47,490 bases of DNA. Origin: Azolla caroliniana (taxonomy: Eukaryota > Plantae > Polypodiophyta). Below are positions 35,012 through 47,000 of the stretch, in pieces. The translations under genes were made by a program, and so were the position numbers. Location of the stretch: assembly GCA_043228905.1 (NCBI GenBank), contig JBHGNT010000232.1:1-47490 (forward strand), read 5' to 3'. The stretch's first letter is position 1. Every line of letters starts with the position of its first letter. A model generated the notes under the pieces. That model did not search any database. It was not told where the DNA came from and saw only the letters and a list, made by a program, of their open reading frames with translations.

Positions 35012-38000
35012 ATGGAAGGCGGCGGCAGCGGGCAGCCGGGAATGATGGTGCTGAATGCGCTGAATTACGCCGACTGGAAGATCAAGATGGAGGATCTTCT
35101 GATTGTTCGGGACCTGTACGAACCGATTGACAGGTCGGAAATACCGAAAGGGGTACTTGAGTCGGAGTGGAAGCTCCTGAACCGGAAAGCCGTAGCGACG
35201 ATCCGACAATATGTCGATGTGAGTGTCCTACAACATGTGGCGAACGACACCAACGCATATGAGATGTGGAAGAAGCTGTCGGGCCTCTACGAGAGGAAGA
35301 ATGCCTTGAACCGGACCTCCCTGATGAGGAAGATAGTGAATCTCAAGTACCGGGATGGCGAGAGTATGGTGGAACACGTAAGCACGTTCATGGGATTCGT
35401 GAACCAGCTTGCGGCGATTAAGTTCCCGTTGGAGGATGCAATGCAAGCCATCATCCTGATGTGTACATTGCCGGAAAGCTGGGAGAACTTGGTGGTGACT
35501 CTCAGCACCTCGTGCACCGAAGATAACTTGTCCTTACAAACGGTAAAGACAAGTATTTTGAACGAAGAAGCGCGTCGGAGAGATAAAGAACCGGCCTCCG
35601 ACACGAAGGCGCTGCTTACCGAATCGGATCGGGGAAGACAATGGAACCGGAGTCCGCAAAGACGGGAGAAGTCGGGGACCCGGTCGCAGTCAAGAGGAAG
35701 GCCTACATGCTTCCACTGTGGGAAGCCGGGGCACTTCCGAAAGAATTGTCGGCATTACCGAAAAGACAACGGAGCCGACGACACCGACTCGAAGAAGTCA
35801 CCGGAGAGAAACGGTGCATACCGGGGAGCCACGGACCGGAGAGGTTCGGATCGGCGAGGGCAGGACCGGAAAGGAACAACGGCACTCGCGGCAAGTGAGG
35901 AAGAAATCATGCTCATCACCGAAGAAGGTGAGCTAAACGTTGCCGGCGATGAGACGACCTGGGTGGTCGATTCCGGAGCATCGTTCCACCTGACCCCGGG
36001 GAGAAGATACTTCTCATCCTACACAGCCGGTGAGCATGGCTGTGTTCGGATGGGAAATGAAGGTACGTGCCGGATTGCCGGCATAGGAGACGTGTGGTTG
36101 ACAACCCCGACCGGATGCAAAATGCTGCTGAAGGATGTCCGACACGTTCCGGAGGTTCGATTGAACCTGATTTCGGCCGGGAGGCTAGACGATGAAGGCT
36201 ACACTGGTAGCATCCGGAACGGCGTAATGAAGTTCAGCAAGGGGAGCCTGATAGTGGCTCGGGCCCGGAAAGACAACACACTGTACCTGATGAATGCCCG
36301 GTTATGTCCGGAAGAGCTGAATGTGGCAACCGACACTGCCGGTGAGCTGTGGCACAAGAGACTGTGCCACATGAGTGAGAAGGGGATGAAGAGGCTTGCA
36401 GAAGACAACCTCATCCCAGTGAAGCATGTGCACCTGGAGAAGTGCACCGATTGCCTGGCCGGTAAGCAGAACCGAACCTCCTTCCACTCAAGGCCACCGA
36501 CGAGACGTAGCGCACCATTGGAGTTGGTGCACACTGACGTGTGTCAGGTAGAGACGAAGTCACATGGCGGAGCCCAGTACTTCGTAACATTCATAGATGA
36601 CCATAGCCGGAAGCTGTGGACGGCACCGTTGAAGACAAAGGACCAAGTATTGTCTGTCTTCAAAGAACTCCACGCGAGAGTGGAAAGGGAATCCGGCAAG
36701 AAGCTGAAAGCGATACGAGCGGATAACGGAGGGGAATACCGGGGGCAGTTCCAGGAGTACTGTCGCTCGAAGGGAATCCGGCTCGAGTTTACTGTGCCGA
36801 AGACGCCGGAACTGAACGGGCTGGCCGAGAGGATGAACCGGACCATAATGGAGAGGGTCCGGAGTATGCTGGCGCATGCGAAATTACCCAAGGGGTTTTG
36901 GGCTGAGGCAATGTCGACGGCGACATACGTGATAAACAGATCACCCTCAGTACCTCTGGACGGAGACACGCCACAGAAAGTGTGGACCGGTAAGGAAGTG
37001 TCCTACCGGCATCTGAAGGTGTTCGGGTGTCTCGCATACGTGCATGTGGCAAAGGACCGGAGAGGAAAGCTAGATCCAAAGACCCGGCCATGCATATTCC
37101 TCGGTTACGGCGACGACGAGTTCGGCTACCGAGTATGGGACCCGGTCGACAAGAAGATATTCAGGAGTCGAGACATCATCTTCATGGAGGACAAGACACT
37201 CGCCGACTGGGAGTCGGAGAAGAAGATGAAGAGCTCCAAGTCGACCGGTGAGGATCAACTCTACGAGGAGCAGTCCCGACCGGCAAGGGACCGGTTAGCA
37301 CTCGAGGATCCGGCCGAAGACGGTGTAGAAACAGAACCGGCCGAAGAAGATGAAAATGATACCGGAACCGGCCCCGATCCCGAAATGGATTCGGATGAAG
37401 AAGAATCAGAAGAACCGGTTACCGAAGCTCCGGAACGGAGATATCCTCTAAGAGAGAGAAGGGCCCCCCGGAGATTTCCGGAACCAGAGCACGTGCTGCT
37501 AACCGACGAGGGGGAGCCGGAGAGCTTTGAAGAAGCAAAACATGACACCCAGAGCCGCAGGTGGTTGAGTGCCATGCAGGACGAGATGGATTCCCTGCAT
37601 GAGAACCACACATATGAACTTGTGGAGTTGCCGAAAGGAAAGCGGGCACTTCGAAACAAGTGGGTGTTCAAGCTGAAACCGGGAGATGCCGGAAACCCCC
37701 CGAGATACAAAGCCAGGATCGTGGTGAAGGGGTTTCAGCAGAAGAAGGGCGTCGACTTCGACGAGATATTTGCCCCGGTAGTGAAGATGACCTCCATCCG
37801 GACGGTGCTGAGCATAGCGGCAAGCATGGACCTCGAGGTAGAACAGATGGACGTGAAGACGGCATTCCTTCACGGTGACCTCGATGAAGAGATCTACATG
37901 CAGCAACCGGAAGGATTCGAGAAGAAAGGGAAGGAGCACCTGGTATGCCGGTTGAAGAAGAGCCTTTATGGACTGAAGCAGGCTCCCCGGCAATGGTACC

Positions 38001-39085
38001 GGAAGTTCGACTCCTTCATGACCGACGAAGGGTACCTCAAAACGCAGTCCGACCACTGCGTGTTTGTGAAGAAGTTCGAAGGAGGAGACTTTCTAATACT
38101 CCTCCTGTACGTGGACGACATGTTGATCGTCGGACGGGACCAGGTCAAGATACGGATGCTGAAGAAGGCTCTTCACCGAACCTTCTCAATGAAGGACTTG
38201 GGTCCGGCGAGACAGATACTAGGGATGCACATCATCCGGGACCGGAAGAAGAAGCAGTTGTGGTTGTCACAGGAGAAGTACGTGACAAAGGTGCTTCACC
38301 GGTTCAACATGTCGGAAGCAAGACCGGTCGGATCGACCCTCCCGGCAAACTGCAAGCTGTCCAGCAAGCAAAGTCCCAAGACAAAGGCTGAAAAGGAGGA
38401 TATGATGAAAGTGCCGTATGCCTCAGCCGTCGGGAGCTTGATGTACGCCATGGTGTGTACGAGACCGGACATAGGATATGCAGTCGGAGTGGTGAGCCGG
38501 TACATGAGCAATCCCGGCAAAGAGCATTGGAACGCGGCCAAGTGGATACTCCGATACCTGAAAGGCACGGCAAACGTGTGCCTCCGATTCGGCTCCGGTA
38601 AGCCCGAACTCGACGGCTTCACCGATTCGGATATGTCGGCTGATGCAGATACCAGCCGGTCCACATCAGGGTATGTGATGACGTATGCAGGGGGAGCCGT
38701 TTCGTGGCAGTCGAGGCTGCAGAAGACGGTTGCATTGTCAACCACGGAGGCGGAGTACATGGCAGCTGTTGAAGCCGGCAAGGAAATAATATGGATGAAG
38801 GACTTCATCAGAGAGCTCGGTATCCAGCAGGAGGAGTACCGACTCTACTGCGACAGTCAGAGTGCAATCCACCTTGCGAAGAACGCGGCCTATCACTCCC
38901 GGACGAAGCACATCCAGCGAAGATATCACTGGATCCGGGAAAGGATAGAAGACAAGGAGTTCGTGCTGACAAAGATCCACACGGACGAGAACGGGTCGGA
39001 TATGCTGACCAAGGTCCTCACACCCGACAAGCTGGAAGCATGCCGGAAGAGGATCGGATTGGAAAGACATCCCATGCCGAAGTGA
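35012..39085 (+). CDS. Copia gag-pol polyprotein (1357 aa from the first ATG)
   Basis: CFHCGKPGHFRKNC, WVVDSGAS, HKRLCH..CTDC, HTDVC, ADNGGEY, NGLAERMNR, YVDDML, FTDSDM..RTKHI. The ORF-track start at 35003 is TTG; ATG 35012 matches the MEGG start of Copia B. Confidence 0.97.
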   Translation: MEGGGSGQPGMMVLNALNYADWKIKMEDLLIVRDLYEPIDRSEIPKGVLESEWKLLNRKAVATIRQYVDVSVLQHVANDTNAYEMWKKLSGLYERKNALNRTSLMRKIVNLKYRDGESMVEHVSTFMGFVNQLAAIKFPLEDAMQAIILMCTLPESWENLVVTLSTSCTEDNLSLQTVKTSILNEEARRRDKEPASDTKALLTESDRGRQWNRSPQRREKSGTRSQSRGRPTCFHCGKPGHFRKNCRHYRKDNGADDTDSKKSPERNGAYRGATDRRGSDRRGQDRKGTTALAASEEEIMLITEEGELNVAGDETTWVVDSGASFHLTPGRRYFSSYTAGEHGCVRMGNEGTCRIAGIGDVWLTTPTGCKMLLKDVRHVPEVRLNLISAGRLDDEGYTGSIRNGVMKFSKGSLIVARARKDNTLYLMNARLCPEELNVATDTAGELWHKRLCHMSEKGMKRLAEDNLIPVKHVHLEKCTDCLAGKQNRTSFHSRPPTRRSAPLELVHTDVCQVETKSHGGAQYFVTFIDDHSRKLWTAPLKTKDQVLSVFKELHARVERESGKKLKAIRADNGGEYRGQFQEYCRSKGIRLEFTVPKTPELNGLAERMNRTIMERVRSMLAHAKLPKGFWAEAMSTATYVINRSPSVPLDGDTPQKVWTGKEVSYRHLKVFGCLAYVHVAKDRRGKLDPKTRPCIFLGYGDDEFGYRVWDPVDKKIFRSRDIIFMEDKTLADWESEKKMKSSKSTGEDQLYEEQSRPARDRLALEDPAEDGVETEPAEEDENDTGTGPDPEMDSDEEESEEPVTEAPERRYPLRERRAPRRFPEPEHVLLTDEGEPESFEEAKHDTQSRRWLSAMQDEMDSLHENHTYELVELPKGKRALRNKWVFKLKPGDAGNPPRYKARIVVKGFQQKKGVDFDEIFAPVVKMTSIRTVLSIAASMDLEVEQMDVKTAFLHGDLDEEIYMQQPEGFEKKGKEHLVCRLKKSLYGLKQAPRQWYRKFDSFMTDEGYLKTQSDHCVFVKKFEGGDFLILLLYVDDMLIVGRDQVKIRMLKKALHRTFSMKDLGPARQILGMHIIRDRKKKQLWLSQEKYVTKVLHRFNMSEARPVGSTLPANCKLSSKQSPKTKAEKEDMMKVPYASAVGSLMYAMVCTRPDIGYAVGVVSRYMSNPGKEHWNAAKWILRYLKGTANVCLRFGSGKPELDGFTDSDMSADADTSRSTSGYVMTYAGGAVSWQSRLQKTVALSTTEAEYMAAVEAGKEIIWMKDFIRELGIQQEEYRLYCDSQSAIHLAKNAAYHSRTKHIQRRYHWIRERIEDKEFVLTKIHTDENGSDMLTKVLTPDKLEACRKRIGLERHPMPK

Positions 39086-39093
39086 AGGGGGAG
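39079..39093 (+). promoter_or_regulatory. Polypurine tract of Copia F
   Basis: GAAGTGAAGGGGGAG just before the 3' LTR, overlapping the stop codon. Confidence 0.9.
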
Positions 39094-39095
39094 TT

Positions 39096-39705
39096 TGTTG
39101 GAATTACGGTCCCTTTCGGATGGGATGGTCGGATGTCAATACCGACGAGCCCGGTTTCGGTTTCGGATCCGGATGATGAAGACCCCGGCTTCGGTGCCGG
39201 ATGACAGATGTACCCAGAGAGCGTTCCGGATACAGGGACATATCCGTGAATATGTTCGCTATGGGCCCCTGAGGCTATAGTTGTAAATAGCCCAAAGTCA
39301 TATAAGTATAAATATGACTTAGGGCAAATAGTTTTGAGTTGCTGCTTATTTTTTCTGTTTTTCCACTCAAGGGGAGTGAAGCGAGAGCAGCCGCGAGAGA
39401 GAGAGAGAGATAGAGCGCGAGAGACGAAGAGGTAGACGCCTCTGTGTATTTCCGCCGCCTGTGGCGAGGACAGCGAGCTCAAGGTCGTCGCCTTGCAGCT
39501 CGCCATTGTATACTTCTCTGTATAGTGTTTGGTTTGGAGTCTTGTACTCCCGTGGTTTTTCCCGTCTAGGGTTTTCCACGTTAATCCCTGTGTACTCGCG
39601 TTTTATTTTGTTTCTACGTGTGGTTCCTATTTTCTGCTCCATTGACCCGCGATTAATCGGTTGTGGCCGACTGAAGAAGGTGAATAGAAGGTTCGATTCC
39701 CAACA
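39096..39705 (+). repeat. 3' LTR of Copia F
   Basis: Direct repeat of 34372-34981. Confidence 0.97.
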
Positions 39706-39784
39706 GAAAGAGTGTGAGATGTGGAAGCTTTGCTAAATTGAGAAGCGAGGAAGTTGGGATAGTGAATCAAGGGGGAGTGCAAGG

Positions 39785-40230
39785 ACTCTGTAGAGCCTTC
39801 AAATAAGAAGAGCTTTCGACTCTAAGGAACCTTCGAGCCTGCTGAACCTTTGATTCTCAGGAACAATAGACTCTGTAGAAACATTCAAGTTTCTAGAGCC
39901 TTCGACTCAGTTGAGCTTTCGACTCAGAGGAGCCTTCGAGTTTGCAGAACCTTTGATTCTTAGGAACATTTGACTTTGTAGAAACCTTCGACTCTACAGA
40001 GCCTTCGACTCAGTCGAGCTTTCGACTCTACCTACCCTTCAACTCTGCAATACCTTTGACTTTGTAGAGTGTTCAACTTTGACTACCTTTGACTCTAACT
40101 TACCTTTGACTTTGACTCTAGGTTACCTTTGAATTTGTAGAGCCTTCGACTCTAACCTACGTTCGACTGTGGCGATCTTTCAACTCTGCCTTCTACAATG
40201 ATGAGCTTTCAACTCTGACAAAGCTTTGAG
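39785..40230. repeat. Degenerate minisatellite of (GAGCC/GAACC)TTCGACTCT motifs with a ~100-bp higher-order duplication
   Basis: Many TTCGACT/TTTGACT copies; ~39830-39925 is repeated at ~39931-40029. Confidence 0.75.
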
Positions 40231-41282
40231 TCATCCATCCACTTTGGTTCAAGTCCCCGGTGGTCCCGCTCAAGCAGCGTACGTACACACGTAACTTCGC
40301 GACATCGGTTGGGTATTTAGGTCATGTATGATGGATTCAGTTCCAAGGTGGTTAGGAATCTAAGTGCTAGAGGTCAAGGGTTAGTTGAATAGGTCATGTT
40401 GTTGGGTTGGGTAGGGATTATCGAAGATGTGTTGGTTGCTTGCATCGGGGTGGATGACTAGGTTGGGTTGGCTAGTCGATTTAAACCAGGTGGTAGCTTA
40501 GGTTATGCAAGCCACGCAATGCGACAAATTATAACAAAGATAAAGCAAGTGTTGATATAATGGGGGGTTATAGAAGTTGATGTTAACATGGTTGCAGCCG
40601 CAAAAGCCAATAGGATAGACATTTGGTGTTTTGAGTATGATTGGTGTGTAAATTGTGTAAGTAGGTGTACATGTGGTTATGCTCAATGGATGATGATGAG
40701 TGATAATTTGGTTTATGAGCAATTAATGCAATAGTCAACATTGTTATATGTATATGCAACCATTGCATGAATGCTCCTCATTTCGTGAAAAGGGTTTGTA
40801 CATGTATTTGTGCTCATGATGTAAAGCATTTGCACTTTGTAGAGTTATAATGTTCTGTGTAGTCACAACTCACGATTACCATCACATACAATTTGTTAGT
40901 CAACATTGTAGTAAGCACAATGCTCATCCCAACTAGCACAATGCTTGATGTGTCCGAATGTGGCAAGGGAGTTATACACAAATATGACTTGTGTAAGCAA
41001 AGGTAAGAAGATTGAAATGAACACATAAATAGGTCAACACTCGATTAATGAGGAGATGATTACAATGGTTGGAGAGTAGATTGGCTCTCAACAACTTAAC
41101 ACTAAAAAACTGTTAAGCTTGAAAAACTAACATAGTCTAGCATAACAACGCCTAAATACTAAAACTAAGGGTTTATATTGTCATGTATGGGAACCGAACT
41201 AGAAATATAGCTCGTGATGGCACTATATGATGCCTTGGTCAACTAGTGTGTGAGGTTAGTCGACTAATGTGGAATATGTATA

Positions 41283-41693
41283 TGTGACGAACCTAAAACC
41301 AGGAGTCTCGAAACGAACCCAAAACATGGTGGGGAGAAGAGAGAATAACCAAAAGAGAGATTTCATTAATATAAATTAAGCATGATTAAGAAGAAGATTA
41401 GGTACAAGCTCCTTAGAGCTACTATAAATAAGGAGAGAGAGAGAGGAGAGAGACTGTAAATCTGGGAATGCTAAAAAATGAGAAAAGGGAATGCTACTAT
41501 AGGTAATGGGGGTGGCTGTCATGCCAAGAGGTGGCTCTTGGTCTCCCTTGGCGTTAGGCTGTTGTTTGGGTCGACCAACACAAAGGGTCGAATGTCTTAC
41601 TCTCTAAGTCGTTCTATCAATAGAGTTGTGGTTGGAGATTAGATTTGGTCGACTATGCTTTATGATTTCTTAAACACGATAAAACCTGACACA
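41283..41693. mobile_element. Possible solo LTR nested in the G LTR
   Basis: TGTGAC...GACACA termini, TATA 4-mers on both sides, internal CTATAAATA near 41422. Confidence 0.35.
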
Positions 41694-42565
41694 TATATCA
41701 AATTACCATACTTAATTAATATGGTTATCGAATACTATTATGATCGACTGATAACTATATGTACTCCGAGTAATATAGATTCTAAATAATAATTCGAGAC
41801 ACAACATATACTCTACTAACAAAATTATATTAAGTTATAACAAAACAGATTGATATTGTTACAATGCTCTCGATCCCTTTTTATAGGCGACCTGAGAGAC
41901 TTTACCAAGATAATACAATTACCGTTTGGCAAGAATTTACAGTTACAACTAACTGTTATGTTTTTCTACTTGGTTATTGAAAGACATATAGAGAAAAGAT
42001 AGAGAAGAGAAAAGAAAGAGACAAGAATGCTACTATATTCTATTATGGAGACAATAGAAACCGGATAAACTCCAAATACAACCACAACTAAAGAACGACT
42101 TGATTTCCTATCCCCCAAACTCACAAAATTCCTTCCTTTTCTCCTATTCTTCTTCTCACCTCTTTCTACTTTCTCTCTTACCTTCTTCTAACCAATCTCT
42201 TCTCACTTCTTGTAGATATACTATTCTTCCTGCTCTCTCAACTTTTTAACGCTTTTTCATCTCCTATTTTTAGCTATGACACAACGACCTTGTTTAGTTT
42301 GACTTCTCCATAAGATCTTTGTTCGTGTTCTTGCCCTCCAAATGTGAATGCTTCATACCTTATATTCTTCTAGTGTTCAATAGCTTGAATTCTAAAAACA
42401 CTTTCATAGCTATTATATTATTTTGGCTATTTCCTTTCACATTAGCCCTCTACGACTACGACTACGACTCTCTTGTCGACCGATATACTTTGGCTAGTTG
42501 ACCGGGTAACACATGGCACACCCGTGGGACAGTGCCTTGCACGGTCAAACCCCAAAAATCAGTAT

Positions 42566-45500
42566 CTAGTCATCCTCATCATCCTCATCATCCTTCACAT
42601 CCTCCTCTTCGTCCTCGTTCTAGTCGTCGCCCTCAAGCTCATCTTCGTCAGCGTCCTCAGTCAAAATGTCTAGCAATTTTGGATCTTCCTCGTCCCGATC
42701 TCCGCTCTGTTCAGAGTCGTCCGAAACTTGCTGATTGTCTGTTTGCTGTGATTGTTCAGGCCAAGGAGTCGACTTTGTCCCCTTATCCTGATCCATGCTT
42801 GTTTGTTGTAGATCCTTCAGTCGTACATCGTACTCCGTCCAAGCTTGTTATGATGCTCATGGTGCGTCTGCTCTTCCTCAGGATCTTCTTGGTATGGCTT
42901 TGGGTCATTGTGCTCCTGGTCTTGTCGTCTCTATTAAGCTTCTTCAGAGGTATCAGTCTCTTCATCCTACTCCGATTGCTGCTGTGTTCCTTCGTCGTCG
43001 ACCTCAGTTTCCTTTTTGCTCTCCTTCCCTTCAACGATGGTCCTTTTCATAGGCTTCAAGTTGCAACGTGAGTTGTATTTGATGGTCGTCATATTCCTCT
43101 AACAATGTGGTAATTTCGAACCTATGTTGGGTTGTCATCTTGTAGAAATCTCCCGATAGTTCGTCTCGAACGATTGTCATACTATTCTTATCTAACTTGT
43201 AGAAACCCTGACCTTCCTTTTTCCTGTTCACTTGGTCTGCTCGCAATAGTTGTAACTCAACTGCTTGAGCGACCAAGTCTTCCATCTTTGTCTAGAGACT
43301 CAATGATTTTTTGATGTATCATTTTCTTGTGTTTGCTCAATATTGCCTAAATTCTCAGTTCCCCCATGCTGAGGCGATATCCCAGAGAACTGATCTCATT
43401 TTGTAATTGATCTCGTCGAGCTACATGTGAGTCCAGTTCAAATTGTAATTTGGCTTATGTTACCAAGAGTGAGGTTCGTGCATGCTCATATTTGTTTGTA
43501 AGTTGCGTTACTTGTTGTGCTAGCCATTCCTAATCATCTTTAAAGTCCTGATGCATTTTCTCCTTTTCTGTTTTGAATTTTTTCGTATGCTTTTGACATA
43601 ACTCCTCCTGTCTTTGAATTTGCCTATTGAGATCAGTGATAATTTGTTGATTCCGATAAAAAATGTATTTTGAGAGTTGTATGTTGATAATTGAGTTTGT
43701 CAAACTCCTCCTTCTATTTGCGAAGCATCTGATGGATTCGTTCCTGAAAAGCTTCCACTTGTTGATGTGCCTTTCAGAGTCTCTCATCCTTTGTAGTTCA
43801 GTGTCTACCTAGTCTATGCGTTTATTGGCTCTCTTGATTATGTCATCTTTTTCTTGCATCTCCTCCCATAGCCACCTGTTTGGTATTTGTACAATGGCCT
43901 AGTCGTATGTTTGGAGTCATTCTTCAACTTCCTTAAGTTTTGATTCAGCTTCTTGTGGCCAGACAATTAATTATGCATTGGATTGAGTAGCTTCCAACCA
44001 CTCTTTCTTCATTAGTTCCGCGCCTTGGTCATACATTTACATACTTTTGCCATCTCCTTTGCTGCATGAATAGTTTTGGCTAGTCCTTGATGAACTTTGA
44101 CCAATGATGTATGTAGAGGTGGCATTTGAATAAACATCCCTTTATTCTTTACATCTTGTTTTCGTGCGATTCTATTAAGCTCTTGTTCGTCTTTCGGCTC
44201 TATTTCTCCTAGTAATGCGCATTGGATCATCTCTAAATCCTTGTGTTCCTGCCCTAGTTGATTCGAAGCAAATTGCAGGTGTTTAGCTAACCAGTCGACC
44301 AACTTGTATGATGTGCCAAACTACAATATGGTGGCAATTTTGTGAGTTGCTACTGGTATGTCTGGAATAGCTAAGACTTCATTGGGGGTTTTCCTGATGA
44401 TTTGCCTTACTCAATGATACCTATTAGTGTCATTGTATCCTCTATGTCTATCACCTGTGATACATTGTTCGTCGTCCCTTCTTCTTGTTGTGTTTGATGT
44501 TATTTTACTAATCTCCTCTTCTTTTTCTTTGGCTGGTTCCAGTCTTTAGTTAGTTTGTTTTCTTTTAGACATTTCTTGGTCGACACTCTATGTTGTGTGT
44601 CGACTTTGGGGTTTCTCTTGTTGTTCTCTATCGACTTGTTGCGAAGTCGAACGACTCTTCTTCTTGGGAAGTGGTGGTTGAGTTGTGGTCGTCTCTTCAT
44701 GTAGTCTCCTTTCTTCCTATTGTGTCCTGGAAGGTTGTTCTTTATCGATGGGTTGTTGATTCTGGGCCCTTGATTCTACGACTTTCTTAGTTGTTGGTCT
44801 CTCTGTTGTTGCCCGACTTTCTTGCCACTCCTCACGTGCTCATGTCAAGAATTTTTGCCTTGTCGATTGCTTTGGCAATGCCTACGATGATTGCCCCTTG
44901 TCCTTTTCCGGGGCCTTACATCCCCTGATTGCTAATGGCATTGGGCATATTACCACTCCTCACGTGGTCCTGTCAAGAATTTTCGCCTTGTCGATTGCTT
45001 TGGCAATGCCTACGATGATTGCCCCTTGTCCTTTTTCGGGGCCTTACATCCCCTGATTGCTAATGGCATTGGGCATAATAATGTTTGCCATTGTGCAATG
45101 ATCGGCTTCATGGCTTTCCCTCCCTTAATCACTACTAAATGTGGTCTCAACATGGCTCCGGTAATGTAACCCCAATCGATTTTCTCTCCCTCATAGGTTG
45201 CTATGATAAATCCTGCCTTATGCTTTGGCACGCAGTAAGATTTCGGATTCATACATGCTACCTCCAACAAAAATTTTGCAACGTTTTGGAAGAAAACATC
45301 CAAACCTCCTTGAGTTCTATAAGCTTTTGGAGAAGGAGAATACTCACCGAAATAAGAGTCGAGGACCTTTGTCTCCACGTGGTCCATGTGATTGTACCCT
45401 TTACTATTTAGATTTAAGATTTGACGTACCTGTTTGTTGGTGATCTTGTCTATGTTGATTTGACTTGCGACCTCCTTTGCCTATTCATTGGGTGGAGCTT

Positions 45501-45576
45501 CAACTACTAGGATATATCCCCCCAACGCATTAGTTTGCAGCCAATTTCTAAGATGTTTAGAGATTTCAATTGACAT
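42566..45576 (-). pseudogene. Decayed ~1000-codon accessory ORF downstream of pol in element G
   Basis: Candidate ATG 45576; same-strand fragments 45010-45387 (EGEKIDWG), 44012-44302, 43530-43787, 43031-43285, 42783-43034; acidic tail DEDDEDD ending in a stop at 42566-42568. Confidence 0.6.
44825..45080. repeat. 128-bp tandem duplication
   Basis: CCACTCCTCACGTG...GGCATTGGGCATA at 44825 and 44953. Confidence 0.9.
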
Positions 45577-45864
45577 TTCTCCTATCGATTCTTCGTATGA
45601 GGAAATGATACTATTCTCTGTGCAAGATTTTGAGGTCGAAGTTGTTTGTGTGCTCTATAAGATTTAGCTTCTTTGTGCTTTTCTGTGTCAGGAAAATGGG
45701 AAAAAGAGATGTTTAGCGGTTTCAATCGAAATTTCTCCTATTGATTCTTTGTTTGAGGAAAGGATACTGTACTCTGTGCAAGATTTTGAGGTCGAAGTTT
45801 TCTGTGTGCTCTGTGAGATTTTGCTTCTTTGTGCTTTTCTGTGTCAGGAAAATGGGAAAAAGAG
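45551..45864. repeat. 156-bp tandem duplication
   Basis: AGATGTTTAG...GGAAAATGGGAAAAAGAG at 45551 and 45707. Confidence 0.88.
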
Positions 45865-46107
45865 AGTTTTGTATCGGTGTAGAAGTGGTCCATATCTCAA
45901 CATGAAACAACTTCAAAATAGAATCTTCTATTAATGACGTCTTTCAAGAGACACTCTTATAAATGAATTTAATGCGTTAATGTGTCACTCTATAAATAGT
46001 TGTGTTGTGAAAGTGATAGTGCCAAGAAATACTTATGCCAATATTTGATTATGATTTTTTTCCCTTTTCTATTACTTGGTATTTACAATAATAGCCTTTT
46101 TAATCGA

Positions 46108-47000
46108 TTACAGTCGATCACTCAAGGGAGTGTCTGGTGTAGTTATGAACGGATTAGTCGGAGTTGGCCGTTGGTATGGTTTAAGTTGAAATCCATTAAC
46201 CCATTTTGGCAATATTTCGCATGCGAGTGTGCCTAACTGATATGTGCTATTTTTTTTGTCGACAATCCAATATGGACCGGTCTAGGGAGACTAAGAGTCA
46301 ATTTTTGTTTGAAACACAAGGACCAATTTGCCTATGTTGAAAAACCTTTTTTTTCCATTTGATGACGATTGACAAGGCTTTGGTTCTTCGTTGCTTCTAT
46401 TCCAGATACCACAGAGATTGAAGCCGACCTTCCTCCCCTCTGATTCTTTCAGACTACTCCTCATCAAGTCGTTCTGCTACCTGAACTCGTAAAGTTAGAA
46501 TTAGGAATTCAATTGACATAACAACCTCTAATCCAAAAGCCAACTGAAATGGAGTTGATCGAAAAGAGGTTTTGTAAGTCGTTCAATAGGCCCATAATAC
46601 CCTATGCAACTTCAGATCCCAATTAATTCGATTTTCGTTGACGATTTTTCTGTAGGACCATTTGAATTGTTTTGTTGGTCGATTCGGCCAATCCATTGGC
46701 CTAAGGATAATAAGGCATACTTCTTTTATGAACAACTGCATAGTGATAGATTAATTCATGAATTACATTATTAATGAAATGGCTACCCTGATCATTAATG
46801 AGTTCGATTGGACATCCGAATCTGCACCAGATATATTCATATAGAAACTTTGCAGTCGATGTTGTTGTATTATCCCGGAGAGGTTTTGCTTCGACCCACT
46901 TGGTACAATAGTTGGTAGCGACTATAAGATACCGATTGCTCGTTTTTGTTGTTGCTGGTTTAAATGGACCGACAAAGTCTAGACCCCATTTTTGGAATGA
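46108..47000 (-). pseudogene. Gypsy integrase core and C-terminus (no chromodomain)
   Basis: Manual translation: FQKWGLDFVGPF..CTKWVEAKPL..CRFGCPIELINDQGSHF..YYP*ANGLAESTNK..GPYWIV..VNGFQLKPY. Confidence 0.88.

Larger units (their letters stand above)
34372..39705 (+). mobile_element. Intact, very recent Ty1/Copia LTR retrotransposon F
   Basis: 610-bp LTRs (TG...CA) that look identical, perfect TSD GAAAG (34367-34371, 39706-39710), PBS, PPT and one uninterrupted ORF. Confidence 0.98.
41179..47000 (-). mobile_element. Decayed non-chromovirus Ty3/Gypsy element G, 3' half (integrase, extra ORF, probable 3' LTR ~41179-42531)
   Basis: Integrase 46108-47000; extra ORF 42566-45576; minus-strand CCTATAAAAAGGG near 41880; candidate termini TGTCCCACGGG (42531) and ...CATGACA (41179). 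LTR bounds are tentative. Confidence 0.7.

Noticed and set aside
42473-43071. Hydrophobic plus-strand ORFs suggesting an env-like membrane protein
   Set aside because: They are the antisense reading of the K/E/D-rich minus-strand accessory ORF.
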